64,000 bases of DNA from Eledone cirrhosa (GCA_964016885.1 OZ024740.1:273234001-273298000); one strand, 5' to 3'; shown: positions 13,846 through 27,940, counted from the first letter of the stretch. A program made the numbers and translations. Notes: generated by a model not told the origin, from the sequence alone.

Positions 13846-14262
13846 TATTGTTATACTTTGAGGGGGTCGTGTTGCCAATAAGAAACACACGCACCAGTTA
13901 CTTTCACTTCAATTTATTATAAATTAAATTTATAAATTTAGGAATTTATAAATTTCCGGTTGGTTGGTTGGTTCCACAACAAGACGATTGTTCATATATT
14001 GTCAAAGTTCTTTCGTGACACATTATGTGACCTCTTCAGTGACTGGGATTCTTTTCTTTGTTTTTGTGCCTCTCCTTTATTCTGTCCTACGCCATCTTGT
14101 TTCAACAAGATGGCGTAGGACAGAACAAAGGAGAGGCACAGAAGAGAAACTGCTGGTACGTGTGTTTCTTATTGGCAACATGACCCTCCCAAAGTATAAC
14201 AATATCGGTTTCAACACACGTTTTCAGATAAAGAATCTTGCTAAACAAATTCAGAAACGAAA
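13846..14262. mobile_element. Non-coding fold-back element carrying a hammerhead motif
   Basis: Outer inverted repeat about 13846-13897 vs 14154-14205, inner hairpin about 14065-14140, and an HHR motif on the minus strand. A related fragment lies at 18981-19125. (TA)n flanks. Confidence 0.65.
14001..14043 (-). ncRNA. Minimal type I hammerhead ribozyme
   Basis: Minus strand: GTCA-CTGAAGA-GGTCACATAATGTGTCAC-GAAA-GAAC-TT-TGAC. Stem I GTCA/TGAC, cleavage triplet CUU. Confidence 0.65.
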
Positions 14263-14448
14263 TATATATATATATATATATATAAATTAATATGTAAGTG
14301 ATGAAACACAGATACCAACACATCTGTATATATATTGCAAAAGAAAGGTTTAGCCAGATTGAAGTATACTAATTATTATACTACAGTTTGTCCACATCGA
14401 TTTAAAATAATAAATCAACGGAGACGAACTGTATTGCCAAAGGGCCGT

Positions 14449-14575
14449 GATGTTTAGACACATTTAAATTTCAAAATCAAACCTGTTCCGTAGATAAGTT
14501 TAGACTTTAAGATCCAAATATGTTTCGAGTTAAAAAGTATAGGAATATCATGTCCCGCACTCCTCAGTAAACATC
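14449..14575 (-). ncRNA. Type I hammerhead ribozyme with extended stem III (left-arm copy)
   Basis: Near-identical reverse complement of the 14910-15037 motif. Confidence 0.7.
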
Positions 14576-14909
14576 CAGAGACAAATTGATATGCTTCACT
14601 TCTAAATAATTTAAAAGACTGCGTGGCGCACATGGCTTTACAGTATCTAACTAGTCTCATAACCGTACTGCTAGAAATAACAGTCGTATATATGGGACGG
14701 TTTGCAGCTCAAACTAGGAGCAGTTAAAATTAATAAGGTAATGAATTCTTTTACAATGGAATCAGCTCGAATGAGGAAATCCCCTGAGCAGTGTATAAAT
14801 TAATATGTAAGTGTATAAATTAATATGAGACTAGTTAGATACTGTAAATCCATGTGCGCCACGCAGTCTTTTAAATTATTTAGAAGTGAAGCATATCAAT
14901 TTGTCTCTG

Positions 14910-15037
14910 GATGTTTACTGAGGAGTGCGGGACATGATATTCCTACACTTTTTTAACTCGAAACATATTTGGATCTTAAAGTCTAAACTTATCTACGGAA
15001 CAGGTTTGATTTTGAAATTTAAATGTGTCTAAACATC
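14910..15037 (+). ncRNA. Type I hammerhead ribozyme with extended stem III
   Basis: Stem I GATGTTTA/TAAACATC (8 bp), core CTGAGGA (14918-14924), GAAA (14960-14963), stem III ACATATTT/AAATGTGT, GUC site (cleavage after 15029). The base of stem II is weak. Confidence 0.7.
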
Positions 15038-15281
15038 ACGGCCCTTTGGCAATACAGTTCGTCTCCGTCGAATTATTATTTTAAATCGATGTGGACAAAC
15101 TGTAGTATAATAATTAGTATACTTCAATCTGGCTAAACCTTTCTTTTGCAATATATATACAGATGTGTTGGTATCTGTGTTTCATCACTTACATATTAAT
15201 TTATACACTGTTCAGGGGATTTCCTCATTCGAGCTGATTCCATTGTAAAAGAATTCATTACCTTATTAATATATATATATA

Positions 15282-15856
15282 TAAAATACGTATTTAAGAA
15301 AGCCACAACAATGCAGAGGGAAATCTCGAGGTAGGAAGTGAAAGATAGATAGGAAAAACAGGTGAAAGTGAAAATTGAGAGAGACAAAGATGAAAACAAA
15401 ACAAAGGTAGAAGGGTTACCGTAGTAGAGATTTAATCCCAATATTTCGGGCTCACGCCCATCAACGGGGGAAAGTTCCAAAAGGGGGGGGAACAGGCCAA
15501 GCGGAGAAAGTTGTGATGTCGTTAAGACAGGAATGCCGTTATGGGGAGAAAATTATTTAAAATTTAAACGTTTAAATTTTAAATAATTTTCTCCCCATAA
15601 CGGCATTCCTGTCTTAACGACATCACAACTTTCTCCGCTTGGCCTGTTCCCCCCCTTTTGGAACTTTCCCCCGTTGATGGGCGTGAGCCCGAAATATTGG
15701 GATTAAATCTCTACTACGGTAACCCTTCTACCTTTGTTTTGTTTTCATCTTTGTCTCTCTCAATTTTCACTTTCACCTGTTTTTCCTATCTATCTTTCAC
15801 TTCCTACCTCGAGATTTCCCTCTGCATTGTTGTGGCTTTCTTAAATACGTATTTTA
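15282..15856. repeat. Spacerless palindrome, about 288-bp arms, centred on AAACGTTT (15569/15570)
   Basis: Arms are reverse complements except one indel in a G/C run. The same peptide is predicted on both strands (ORFs 15196-15480 minus and 15658-16056 plus). Confidence 0.95.
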
Positions 15857-15893
15857 CACATTTCACAATGCTTCAAGCAAACTTTAACACCCT

Positions 15894-16015
<122 letters not shown>

Positions 16016-17669
16016 ATATTAAAGTTGTTTCAGTAATATTATACGTACTATACTAATTATTTAATAATCAATAATATCTAGTTATATATAAGAAGAATAT
16101 ATTACTAGCAAAGTAAACAAATATTTACGAATTTCAGGAGAGTATTTCAGAGGTTAAAATGGTTTAATTTAATGAGTTGAACTGGTTTAACTCATAGTTA
16201 CAAAGTACTATAGTTACTATAGTTACAAAGTAGACTTTTAATTTTATATTATTTGAAGAGTATTGCTATGTATATATATTTGAATTAATATATGTTAAAC
16301 ATTTACACTTAACTTTGCCTTTCATCCTTACGGGGTCGATAAAATAAAGTACCAGTAATGCACTGGGATAATTACTGGCCGTTTGCCAAACGTAGAAACA
16401 ATTATTTATTTAGTTCAATCATAAAGGGGGTAAGATGATGTAGGATAATCTATTATATTTAATAAATTAATATATCCCGTTAATAATGTATCGGTATATC
16501 TTATTAATAATGTATTAGTATATTTTACAATATATAAATGTGGGATATTACTTATTGATTATGACAATACAATGAACGTAACATAAAATTAATTGTAGTT
16601 GCCATAAGAAAATAAATCTAACTATTTAATATATATTCTCCTCTGAAATTATCAAAATTATGACAACGAATATAATGAAGCATCCCCATCAACTATATTT
16701 AAGTATTTATTATTATTAAGGTTAACTTTGCCTTTCATCCTTACGGGGTCGATAAAATAAAGTACCAGTAATACACTGGGTATTTTTGGCCTTGTGCCTA
16801 ACGTATAAACTATTATTATTAAGGTTAAATGAAGTGGATATATAAGATAGTATATTAATTAAACAAATGTATCGTATAATCTGTATAAACCTTAATAAAG
16901 ATTCAGTATAAGGTTAAGCATTAGTTGAAGAAGGTTGTTAATTGACATTGTTGGGTTACACGATTGTAGATTTGTATGAGGACATATGGAAGATATTACT
17001 GTTCTTTTATTTAAAATGTTCGCGTTAGAATTAATAATTAGTTGGGATTTACATCGGGCAGCACTTAGTCAAACCTCGGGCTTTCAGCTTCTTCATATTA
17101 GCTTTAGAATACTTAGTTGTTGAAAAACAAGGAGGGATAATCTAGTTATTCTATTGTTATATTTATTTATATCTGCGCGGAGGATCTACCTAATATTCCC
17201 CAATTCAGTGTATATAGTATGTTCTTATCTTTTAATTCCTAAATAAAACTAGATAAAACTAGCAAGTAATGTCGTGTCATATGTTTTAATTTAGGTTTTC
17301 TAAAAGAATGAAGAGGGGAATTAAATCTTGTTTGAAACTATTTGACGAAACTTCTATGTAAAGTTGAGATTGTCGAGAGGTGTTAAAAGTACAACCATCT
17401 ATATACTACTAAAACTCTGTGTGCTTGTCTGTAATTTTATACAGCCAAAACGGCGCATAATGGAAAACTTCTTTGAAAGGAAATTACCTTTGAAATGGGA
17501 ATACAAATAGAATGAAACAAGTTTCGCGTATATCGGAGAAGGGGTAGTCAATATAAAGGGTTTGTCCGGGTGCCTTCATAAATAGAGAGAGAGAAAGAGA
17601 TAGATATTGTGAGAGAGAAGATTTAAAGATAGACATAGGGAGAGAGAGATAAGAAGACAGAGAAGGAAC

Positions 17670-17715
<46 letters not shown>

Positions 17716-17781
17716 GAGAGAGAGTGAGAGAGGGAGATAAGCAGACAGAGAACGAAAATGGAAGATATATATATATATAAC

Positions 17782-17930
<149 letters not shown>

Positions 17931-17949
17931 CAGAGAACGAAAATGGAAG

Positions 17950-18036
<87 letters not shown>

Positions 18037-18321
18037 GAGCTGGTGTTCTTGAATGAAAGTATAACAGGTGAATTCAAAGAATCGAATACAGCATTACTCT
18101 ATCTCGATCGAATTTCGTGACTGAATATTAAGTCATATGTATCATATAACTTGTGTTAGGACAGGATGTGTGTAGCGAATATTTCCTGCTAAACAGGAAG
18201 GGCTTCTAAGCGTGTGTGTGTGTTTATATATATGTGTGTGTATGCCTGTGACCAGTATATATTGGTCACAGACACACACACATACACCCACACGCACACA
18301 CACATACATATAAATAAATAG

Positions 18322-18356
<35 letters not shown>

Positions 18357-18359
18357 ATC

Positions 18360-18932
18360 TAGGGCGGGTAAAATTCCCGAGATCCAAGGACGAGTTCTCT
18401 CCAGCGGTCTCTGTCCCTCATTATCGCTGCCATGTCCTGCGTCTCCAACAGACCAGTGTCTATCCTTAGGGCATCAACATGCGTTAACCTTGGTCTTCCT
18501 CTTCCAGTGTGTCCATGTAGGGGCTCCCACAGGAGCACTGAGTGCAATATCAAATCTGGATGTTGGTGAGCATGTCCAGCTAACCTCAGTCTCCACTGTG
18601 TCACTTTTGAGCTGACGTTTGGGAATACGGAAGATTGTGAATACGGAAGATGATGTGGTTGAGAGGACGAGCAAAGCCTGGGCGGCGTGCCACAGCTTGA
18701 GATCGGTGTGGAAGTCGGACATTTGTAAAGACCTGACAATCCGCCTCTTCATTGCTGTAGTGGAGTCTATGCTGCTGTACGGGTCTGAGACTTGGACACT
18801 GACCAAGAAATTCACTCAGATGGTGGATGGGTGCTACACGAGAATGCTGAGGATGGCTCTGAACATTAATTAGAATACACTGAGGGAGGATGAAAAACTC
18901 AGAGCTGTATGGGAGCCTTCCAAAAGTCAGCT

Positions 18933-18935
<3 letters not shown>
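18360..18935. mobile_element. RTE-type LINE fragment with 5' inversion (same family as 6590-7915)
   Basis: About 18360-18622 is the LINE 3' end on minus (RLRLAGHAHQHP..GRGRPR). About 18630-18935 is the adjacent upstream part on plus (LLYGSETWTL). CCAAA(A/C)GTCAGCTCAA is present in both parts. Confidence 0.85.
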
Positions 18936-18982
<47 letters not shown>

Positions 18983-19240
18983 CGTTTCTAAATTTGTTTA
19001 GCAAGATTCTTTCACTTCAAATAATTATAATAAATTTATAAATTTATTATAATAAATTGAAGTGAAAGCAATGGTGCGTGTGTTTTTTATTGGCAACATG
19101 ACCCTCCCAAAGTATAACAATATATATATATATATATATATACTAGACCCCATGTTGGGTCACGGTCACTTAAAAATAATTTTTCAATAATTATAATATA
19201 CAAAGATATGTATATATTTTAAAATGAAATAAGTAGACCC

Positions 19241-19323
<83 letters not shown>

Positions 19324-19476
19324 TGGTTTATATATAAATAATAAAATAAAAATGGTTTTATAAACATAGTTTCCATTTATTAATATCATTGATATTATAC
19401 TCCAGAAAAACCTTCGAATCTGTTATAAATAAATTTGTTGATTAACCAACTAATTAAATATGTCCTTATCTCTTTG

Positions 19477-19546
<70 letters not shown>

Positions 19547-19600
19547 TGGGTGTCTATGACCTATAAACACTGGGCAAAGACACACACACACACATATATA

Positions 19601-19767
<167 letters not shown>

Positions 19768-20129
19768 GGTGAAGAGGGGGAAAGAGTTTGTTGGTTTAAT
19801 GAGAGAGGGGGAAGTATGAGATGAGAGAGCCTGAGGTATATAGAAAGGGGGAGAGAATCTGTTGCTGACGGAGGAAGAGGGTAATGTATTTGTACCATGG
19901 TGTGGGAGCATTCTGCTTCATAACAGATGATAGATTCTTTATACTACTGTAGCATTGAGGTGGAGATCTAGGGGAAGAAATCATCTATACGAATCACCAC
20001 ACATTTCCCTGACGTCACATAAAATTCGACGTGTACTTGTTATAGTTTAATTGCTATAAGTTAATGTTTTAATTCGCGTCTCTTACTCCACTGTTTAGCC
20101 TATGTACAGGTCTCAATATTTAGCTTCTA

Positions 20130-20640
20130 CTTTGGAATAGCTCTTTGTCCTGCACCGTAACTAATTTGACTTCCTTCATAATTAGTTGTGCAATCATTCT
20201 GTCACTTTAATAACTGGATCCGTCACATTTATTCCTTTATAGAGTTTATAGTTTCTCTTTTCTAGTCCATCACGTTCTTCCTTGAAACATTTAGTAATTG
20301 TACTGCCTCGCCAATCAGTCAATGTGACAACATTATGTATACATGTGTTGATTATGCGAGAGATTCGTTTGACTTCTGCTTCACCAGATAATTTCAGTAT
20401 CTCAGCCTTTTCACACTTCATCCGCCTGATTGTTTCTTTGACAATATAACTGTCACCTGCTGTGTGTAGTTCCTCTTTTTTTCCACTCATTCTCCGCATT
20501 CATTGACCTCTCAGTACATTTGCAAGCCACTTTCCTCTGAGTATTAGTAAGGCTAAATGCAACTATGTCATCGCGAAAAAACATTTTCTTGATAATATAC
20601 TGATTTCCTGTGACATTATTTTGCAATCTGAACACCTTAC
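20130..20640 (-). mobile_element. Highly decayed non-LTR retrotransposon RT fragment
   Basis: Reads KETIRRMKCEKAEILKLSG..DWRGSTITKCFKEERDGLEKRNYK..KGINV, resembling LINE RT domains 0-1. Confidence 0.6.
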
Positions 20641-21711
20641 ACCTTTAATAATAATGTGGCAGCACATAGACAAACCTCGGGCTTTCAGCTTCTTCATATA
20701 CTATGTAAACCTGATGCATCACTTCATCTTTAGCTATATTATATTGTTCTTTTCTTCTCCCATGTTTTAGTCTTCCCATGCCTGTCTTTTGGCAAAACTA
20801 GCTGTATATACAGTACCGTCCCATCACGAGATTACCATTCGTCTGCCTTGTACCTGCCTGTTGCACGTTACCATGTAGAAACTTCTAACTGTCTTCTGTG
20901 TTAACTGTATCTATTTTTTGTTCCTCATCGTACACATTATGTAGAATATTTTCGAACTTATATTCAACAGGTTAAATGCCCTGGAATTTGTTCTGGCTCA
21001 CTGTTCAAGTAAGGCTTAGATCAACTTTATCCGTTCAACCTTCTGAGGCTCGTAAAGAAAATACCAGGCCAGTCCAGTCCAGTAATGGGGTTGATTCTTC
21101 CTCAATAACTTTTTCACTCTAAGCCCTCTCTATCCCTATCATTTTTCTTCCTGTGTGAGAAATATACTTTGAACAGATTTGGTTTAACATGGATAAAAAA
21201 GGTGAATTGTCAGGACTGCACTTACAACTCCATCAGGAGTGAAGAGTGCTTTCTTTCTGTATTCTTTACAAGATAGACTATAGTCGTAGATAAAGTATGT
21301 CTGGGGTACACATTATATAATGTAGTACTAGATATTCTGTATCTAGTGGACATATTGGATAGCATAGTCTTTGACATATGTCCGACAACTAAAATATAGG
21401 TGACCACACCCCCAATGGTTTTTATCACATTTCTATGACAAGTGTTGACTTGGGAAACAATAACAACAACAGCAACAAACAACATATTAGCAACAGGGCA
21501 GCAACAACATTTTAACGACAACAGCAACACACCAGAAGCAGCAAAAATAGAGACAAAAGCAGCAACAACAATAACATATTCTAATAATAAAAAACAATTT
21601 CAGCTGCAGCTGTCGCATATATTACAACAACAACAACAACACCAACAACAAAAACAAAAACAACAACAACAGCAAGAACAACAACAGTAACGAAAAAACA
21701 TCACCAATAAC

Positions 21712-22010
21712 ATGATCATACACTGTGGAAACATCAACAACATCATTATACACTACCAATACACAACAAACAACAACTGCACCATCATCACCAACACAAA
21801 CAACCCCAAAACTAACACGAACATCAACACCAACACAAGCACTATCATCACCAACACCAACAACAGCACCATCATCACCAACACCAGCACTATCATCACC
21901 AACACCAACACCAACACCAACATCAACACCATCATCACCAACACCAACACCAACACCAGCACCATTATCACGAACTCCAACACCAACACCACTACAACAA
22001 CAGCAGTAGC
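21712..22010. repeat. Degenerate CAC/CAA/CAT trinucleotide repeat
   Basis: Direct reading. Confidence 0.85.
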
Positions 22011-22573
22011 AGTAGCCTCAGTAACAAAACTTGACAGAGGCTACTTACGCAATATAATGTGGATTTTGCAATTACAGACATCTTTTATTGAAATAGTACA
22101 GGAAAAGTGAATAATAAGGGCTAAAACTTATAAGAATTCCTTACTTTTTCGAGAGAATTTCATTTCCTAATATTAAGTCAGTGGTTTCTTTGCATTCTTT
22201 ATATCGTTTTATTCCAATTCTCTACTTCCCATTCACCCATCAAACATTTGGTTCTCTTTCTGTTACCCTATCAATTCATCTATCTACATATATTTTCTCT
22301 CATTTTCTTTCTCTCTGTCTTTCTCTTCCCATACACCATATGTGTGTGTATGTATGTATGTGTGTATGTATGTGTGTGTAGGTATGTATCTATGTTTGTA
22401 TGTGTGTATGTATGATTGTGAGTATATACGTGTGTATGTACCTGTATATATGCATGTCATGTCTGTTGGCATTCTTTTTAGTCTGTCTCCGCATATGCCT
22501 CTTATATATGAATACACACACACGAACACACACACACATACTCACACACACACACATACATTATCTCACACAC

Positions 22574-22639
<66 letters not shown>

Positions 22640-23043
22640 CATACATATAATATATATATATATATATAAATATATATACATAATATATATATATATATAT
22701 ACGTATATATATATATTTGTAAGTATGTATGTATAATGATATATGTATGCATATATGTGTGTGAGTTTGTGCACACACACAAACACTTAATACCTGTATA
22801 TTATTGGCTGGATATTTCTTTGTCATAATTCAACTACTTGTGTACCCTCAATACGTCTGTGCTGCATCTATGTCTGAAAGACTGACATAAAGAATCATGG
22901 CCGATATGTTCAAAGTTTCCTCTGCTGTCGATACACACAGACATAAAATAGGCACTAACACACACATATACCCCACCACACACACAGACACAAACACACA
23001 CACACACTCACATACACACATACAGAGACATATATATATAATT

Positions 23044-23604
23044 AAATATGGGAAAAGCAAACAAGTTAAGAAAAAATCTTCACTTAATTTAATGTCCCTA
23101 CTGCAGTTTTATTGGGAAAATAACGATACTCCGAGGAGAGTATCACGAGAAATCCCAAATCGTCAGGAGACTTTCTCGGTCCAGAAATAAAATTCAAGAC
23201 AAGAATTCCCAGCCGTTCGTTGTCAGTGAAAATGTCGAATGAAATGACTGTCATGTGACAACTGACCAGCAGGAGGGTAGTAGAAGTGGACAATGGCAGG
23301 CTACGTACTACTAGAAAGAAGTTTGATTTCGCCAAATGTTCACTCTACCATTAGAGAGTGTATTATATATTAAATGTAGAAGTATACATATCCCTACACG
23401 AGTATAGATACAAGTATAGATACATACATACAAAGTGCCCAAATTATACTGAGTCTGGTTCTATGAAACAGTTAATAAAATTAACAGAGTCAGAGCCTAA
23501 TAAAATCAAATATGGGAAAAGCAAACAAGTTAAGAAAAAATCTTCACTTACTCACTTTAATGTCCGTACACGGAGTATCGTTATTTTCCCAAGGAAACTG
23601 CAGT
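23044..23604. mobile_element. Retrozyme-like 464-bp unit plus short inverted arm
   Basis: AAATATGGGAAAAGCAAACAAGTTAAGAAAAAATCTTCACTTA occurs at 23044 and 23508. 23571-23604 is an inverted copy of the HHR 3' half. Preceded by (TA)n. Confidence 0.75.
23094..23171 (-). ncRNA. Type I hammerhead ribozyme (G12 mutated in this copy)
   Basis: Minus strand: GTCTC-CTGACGA-TTTGGGA..TCCCAAT-AAAA-CTGCAG-TA-GGGAC, with palindromic stem III ACTGCAGT. The inverted arm keeps GAAACTGCAGT. Confidence 0.7.
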
Positions 23605-23689
23605 GGTTAAAGGATTTGACGATACATTTACTCTGCACTGCGCAGGAGCAATCCTTGAAGACAAATTAAATCAATTACCATATTGTGGT

Positions 23690-24340
23690 AAGACTAATGA
23701 TACCCCTTTGTGTCAGATATCTGGAGTTAAAGGAGAGACTAAAGTCACATAGTAAGCGAATACTCCAAACTTGCTCAAAGAGAATAGAAGAGATACACTG
23801 ATAACATATAATAAATAGCACACCTCATCCACAGGACGCTTTGTGATAAGTTTGGGCTTGAGAGAGCTAAGACATGGTGTGGACATACCCCAACTCGTGT
23901 CATTGGTAATGTAGATGTCAATCCGTTGTGGAATATTACAATAAAAGTGACAATATCATTAAAACAAGGAAGCCAGGCATAGTACTTTTCAATAAGAACA
24001 TTAAACATTTTGTTATATATATATAGTATTATATATTGTTTTGTTGCAGTTCCTGGTGACAACAGATTAGAGGAAAAATAGGGGAAAAGATACACAAGTA
24101 TGGGGATCTCAAACGGGATGTTGCCACATCATCGCAAATAAAAAATATAATAGAAATATTGCCTGTAGTAGTTGGAGCACTTGGAACAGTTTCAAGGAAA
24201 TTAGGGGATTGGTTTGGAAAAAGTGGAATAGAAATAAAACAGAGACATACATATAACAAAAGACAGCAAGCATTTTGAAAAAAAAAACTTAGAGACTTGA
24301 AGGAAGCCTTGTTATGACCCACTGCCAGCGTGTATGAGAT
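23690..24340 (+). mobile_element. Decayed R4/Dong-like non-LTR retrotransposon 3' region (restriction-like endonuclease domain)
   Basis: Fragments read HIVSEYSKLAQRE..VAVPGDNRLEEK..KIHKYGDLKRD..ILPVVVGALGTVSRKL, matching the RLE-clade C-terminal motifs EK..KY.DL and P.VVGALG. Confidence 0.7.
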
Positions 24341-25395
24341 GATGATGATAATAATATGAAGTTGATTAAGGAGAAGAAGAAGAGGAAGATTTAAAATAAT
24401 AAAAATCAAGGAAGATTCGGGGATTCAAGCATCTTCTTGCACATACATACACAAATAATAGACTGAGTCACATTCACAACTAAACTGCAACATTTTGAAA
24501 CAAACAGAATGTTTTATTGCTATTGAAGTAACCGTGGTTATTTCTTTACTTATTCCTTCGAGGAAATAATCGGGTTCAATTTTGTAATAGACGTATGAAA
24601 CTAGACATATGAAATGAAATTGCTTCTGTGGGACCGACATTCTTACACATTCTTTACTCCTCTGTATTCTTCTTAGACATATTAGTTGCAATCAAATTAA
24701 CTGAAAATATGATATGATCCATTTTTGTTGTATGTGAGCGTTTTTTGTTAATTTCCAAGTACATTTATATGCATATATATATGTGTGTATTTTCATACAG
24801 GTTCACTTATACGTGGTTGTAGTGTATATGTGCGTCTTGGATTTAATGCTTGTGTGTACGTACGTTTGAGATATTGGTGTTTGTATGGCAAGAAGGTTTC
24901 CTGTTTTATGAAGGGAGGCGAAAAGGAGAGTGGAAAAATACAGCGAAAGTATGGTTCAATGGAAAGTTAAAATATATGAACAAATAAATGTATAAACGAC
25001 AACATATAAAAACTAAAATAAAAAGGCTTCTCCATTTTCATAATGTTATAAAACATTATGAACTATTTTCCATAATACTTATGCTTAATTTCAGAACAAT
25101 TTACGCATGTGTGATTGAATATGTGTGTGTGTAGATGAATGTAGACAAACATATATGCACATATATATATATATATTAGAAACCACTTTTCTTTTAGATG
25201 TGTATTATTAAAGACACAGCTATGTTCAAGTTTTCATTTTTTAAATAAGTTTTTAATTTCATATTTCTTTACGGGTCCTTTGCAGCTCTTTTCGCATAAT
25301 AAACCCATAGTCAACATATCTAGACGTTGTGTATGCATATGTATCCTTCATATATTTTAGATTATATTACCACCATATATTTTAAAAGAGAATAT

Positions 25396-25852
25396 TTGTT
25401 TCTAATTTAGGCACAAGGCCAGCAATTACCCAGTACATTACTGGTACTTTATTTTATCGACTCCGTAAGGATGAAAGGCAAATTTAACCTCGGCGGGATT
25501 TGAACTCAGAATGTAAAGGGACGTAACTATGCTAGAAAGCATGGCGTCCAAGTAGGCACGTCATTGACAAAGACTAGTAGAAAACCCCTGAAACTAGTGT
25601 TACACTCTTCTCGCGCGTTCTCTTTCCACACACACACACACATATATATATACATATATATATATAGAGATAGATATAATAATAATTATTATTTCTACTT
25701 TTGGCACAAGGCCTGCAATTATACCAGTGTATTACTGGTGCTTTATTTTATCGACCCCGTAAGGATGAAAGGGAAAGTTAACCTCGGCGGAATTTGAACT
25801 CATGCCATAAAGGGCCGTAACACTTTGCTGCAAAGCATGGCGTCAGACCCTA
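25396..25852 (-). mobile_element. Two adjacent family-B SINE copies (about 25396-25550 and 25690-25852)
   Basis: Both show GGCACAAGGCC..CTGGT(A/G)CTTTATTTTATCGAC..GTAAGGATGAAAGG..AACCTCGGCGG.ATTTGAACTCA. Confidence 0.85.
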
Positions 25853-25890
25853 ATATAAGGAGGATTTGTTAAACCTTCATTACGTTTATT

Positions 25891-25983
25891 GAGTGGTGAC
25901 GCGCGTTTCGCTATCGATCAGTCCAAGGTCCGTTCTGTATCGATCTGGCCCGGCTGTGGAATCAAAAGCTCGTCGGACCACTC
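25891..25983 (-). ncRNA. Type I hammerhead ribozyme, U4C core variant
   Basis: Minus strand: GAGTGGT-CCGACGA-GCT..AGC-GAAA-CGCGCG-TC-ACCACTC-AATAAA. Perfect 7-bp stem I, palindromic stem III, GUC site. Confidence 0.8.
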
Positions 25984-25990
25984 CCAGGGT

Positions 25991-26051
<61 letters not shown>

Positions 26052-26097
26052 CATACACACAGACACATGTATATATATATATATATATACGTACATA

Positions 26098-26128
<31 letters not shown>

Positions 26129-26506
26129 GCGTTTTTCATAATCACGCATGATGGTGAACTAGCCTGTTTTAAAATTCCCTTTTTGGCATATTAATCTGTG
26201 ACCTCTGCTGAGGATTGAATTCCAACCGTGACCATCTACACTGAAAGTTTTCATGAAATAGTCTTTTCCAAATTGAAGGATGAGTATTTTAAACTTTATT
26301 TTATCATGAGTTAAGTCTCTATTCACTTTTCCCTGGATTTCACTAAATTCTGTGGATGAATTTATATCCTGATTCTCTTTGAGATGAGTTTGAATTATTT
26401 TCCCCACATCTTACGTTAACTATTTTTCCCATTTTGACGCTATAGTCACTTATATATTATGGAGTGCTGTTGGCTTTTCGCTGCAGTGTTTTCTGTACCT
26501 TTCATT

Positions 26507-26541
<35 letters not shown>

Positions 26542-27074
26542 TACGTACATACATATATATATATTCAATCCAGTATTCAATCCAGTGCCTCTTCCCTCAT
26601 ACCGTGGGAAACCCCCACCGTTTTCTGTTTTCTTCATGTAGCCGTACACACCACGCTTGGCCAATTGTGGATATATTTATATGGAGTGTCTATGATGCAG
26701 GGAGCAAGAAGGCCACTTATCAGATAGTACTCGATGTACTATATCTATTGTCTCTACATATTTTCCAACAACGGATCAAAGAATATATTCTTCTGCTTTA
26801 TCTCACGCAAGCTAGTTACATATTAACCAAATTTCTTTAATATAACTAACCAATGCAATAGAATTGCAGCTATGTTGCACTGTTAAATGATAACATAAAT
26901 AAAAAAATAATATTATCTTCTCTCATCTTGTGTCGATGTGATATTTCATCAACTTTTTACATTGGTTCACATAATAGAAGTAAATAGCTACCATAATGGT
27001 GTAGTCTCTCTCATACATACAGACACACAGATACAATTACTTACACATACACTCAGACTATCTATCTAACTATC

Positions 27075-27857
<783 letters not shown>

Positions 27858-27940
27858 TTTATTCGGTCCTCAAAGTTGCCATTGACTGACCAACGGTCAA
27901 AAATACAGATACAATATAGACACAAACACATATAGATAGT

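Larger units (their letters stand above)
14281..15270. mobile_element. Retrozyme-like 513-bp unit plus inverted, circularly permuted arm
   Basis: TATAAATTAATATGTAAGTG recurs at 14281 and 14794. 14824-15270 is an inverted copy that runs across the unit junction. (TA)n on both sides. Confidence 0.85.

Noticed and set aside
26160-26460. Inverted homology with about 62010-62190
   Set aside because: Diverged, and best explained as two dispersed copies of an unclassified repeat rather than the ends of one 36-kb element.
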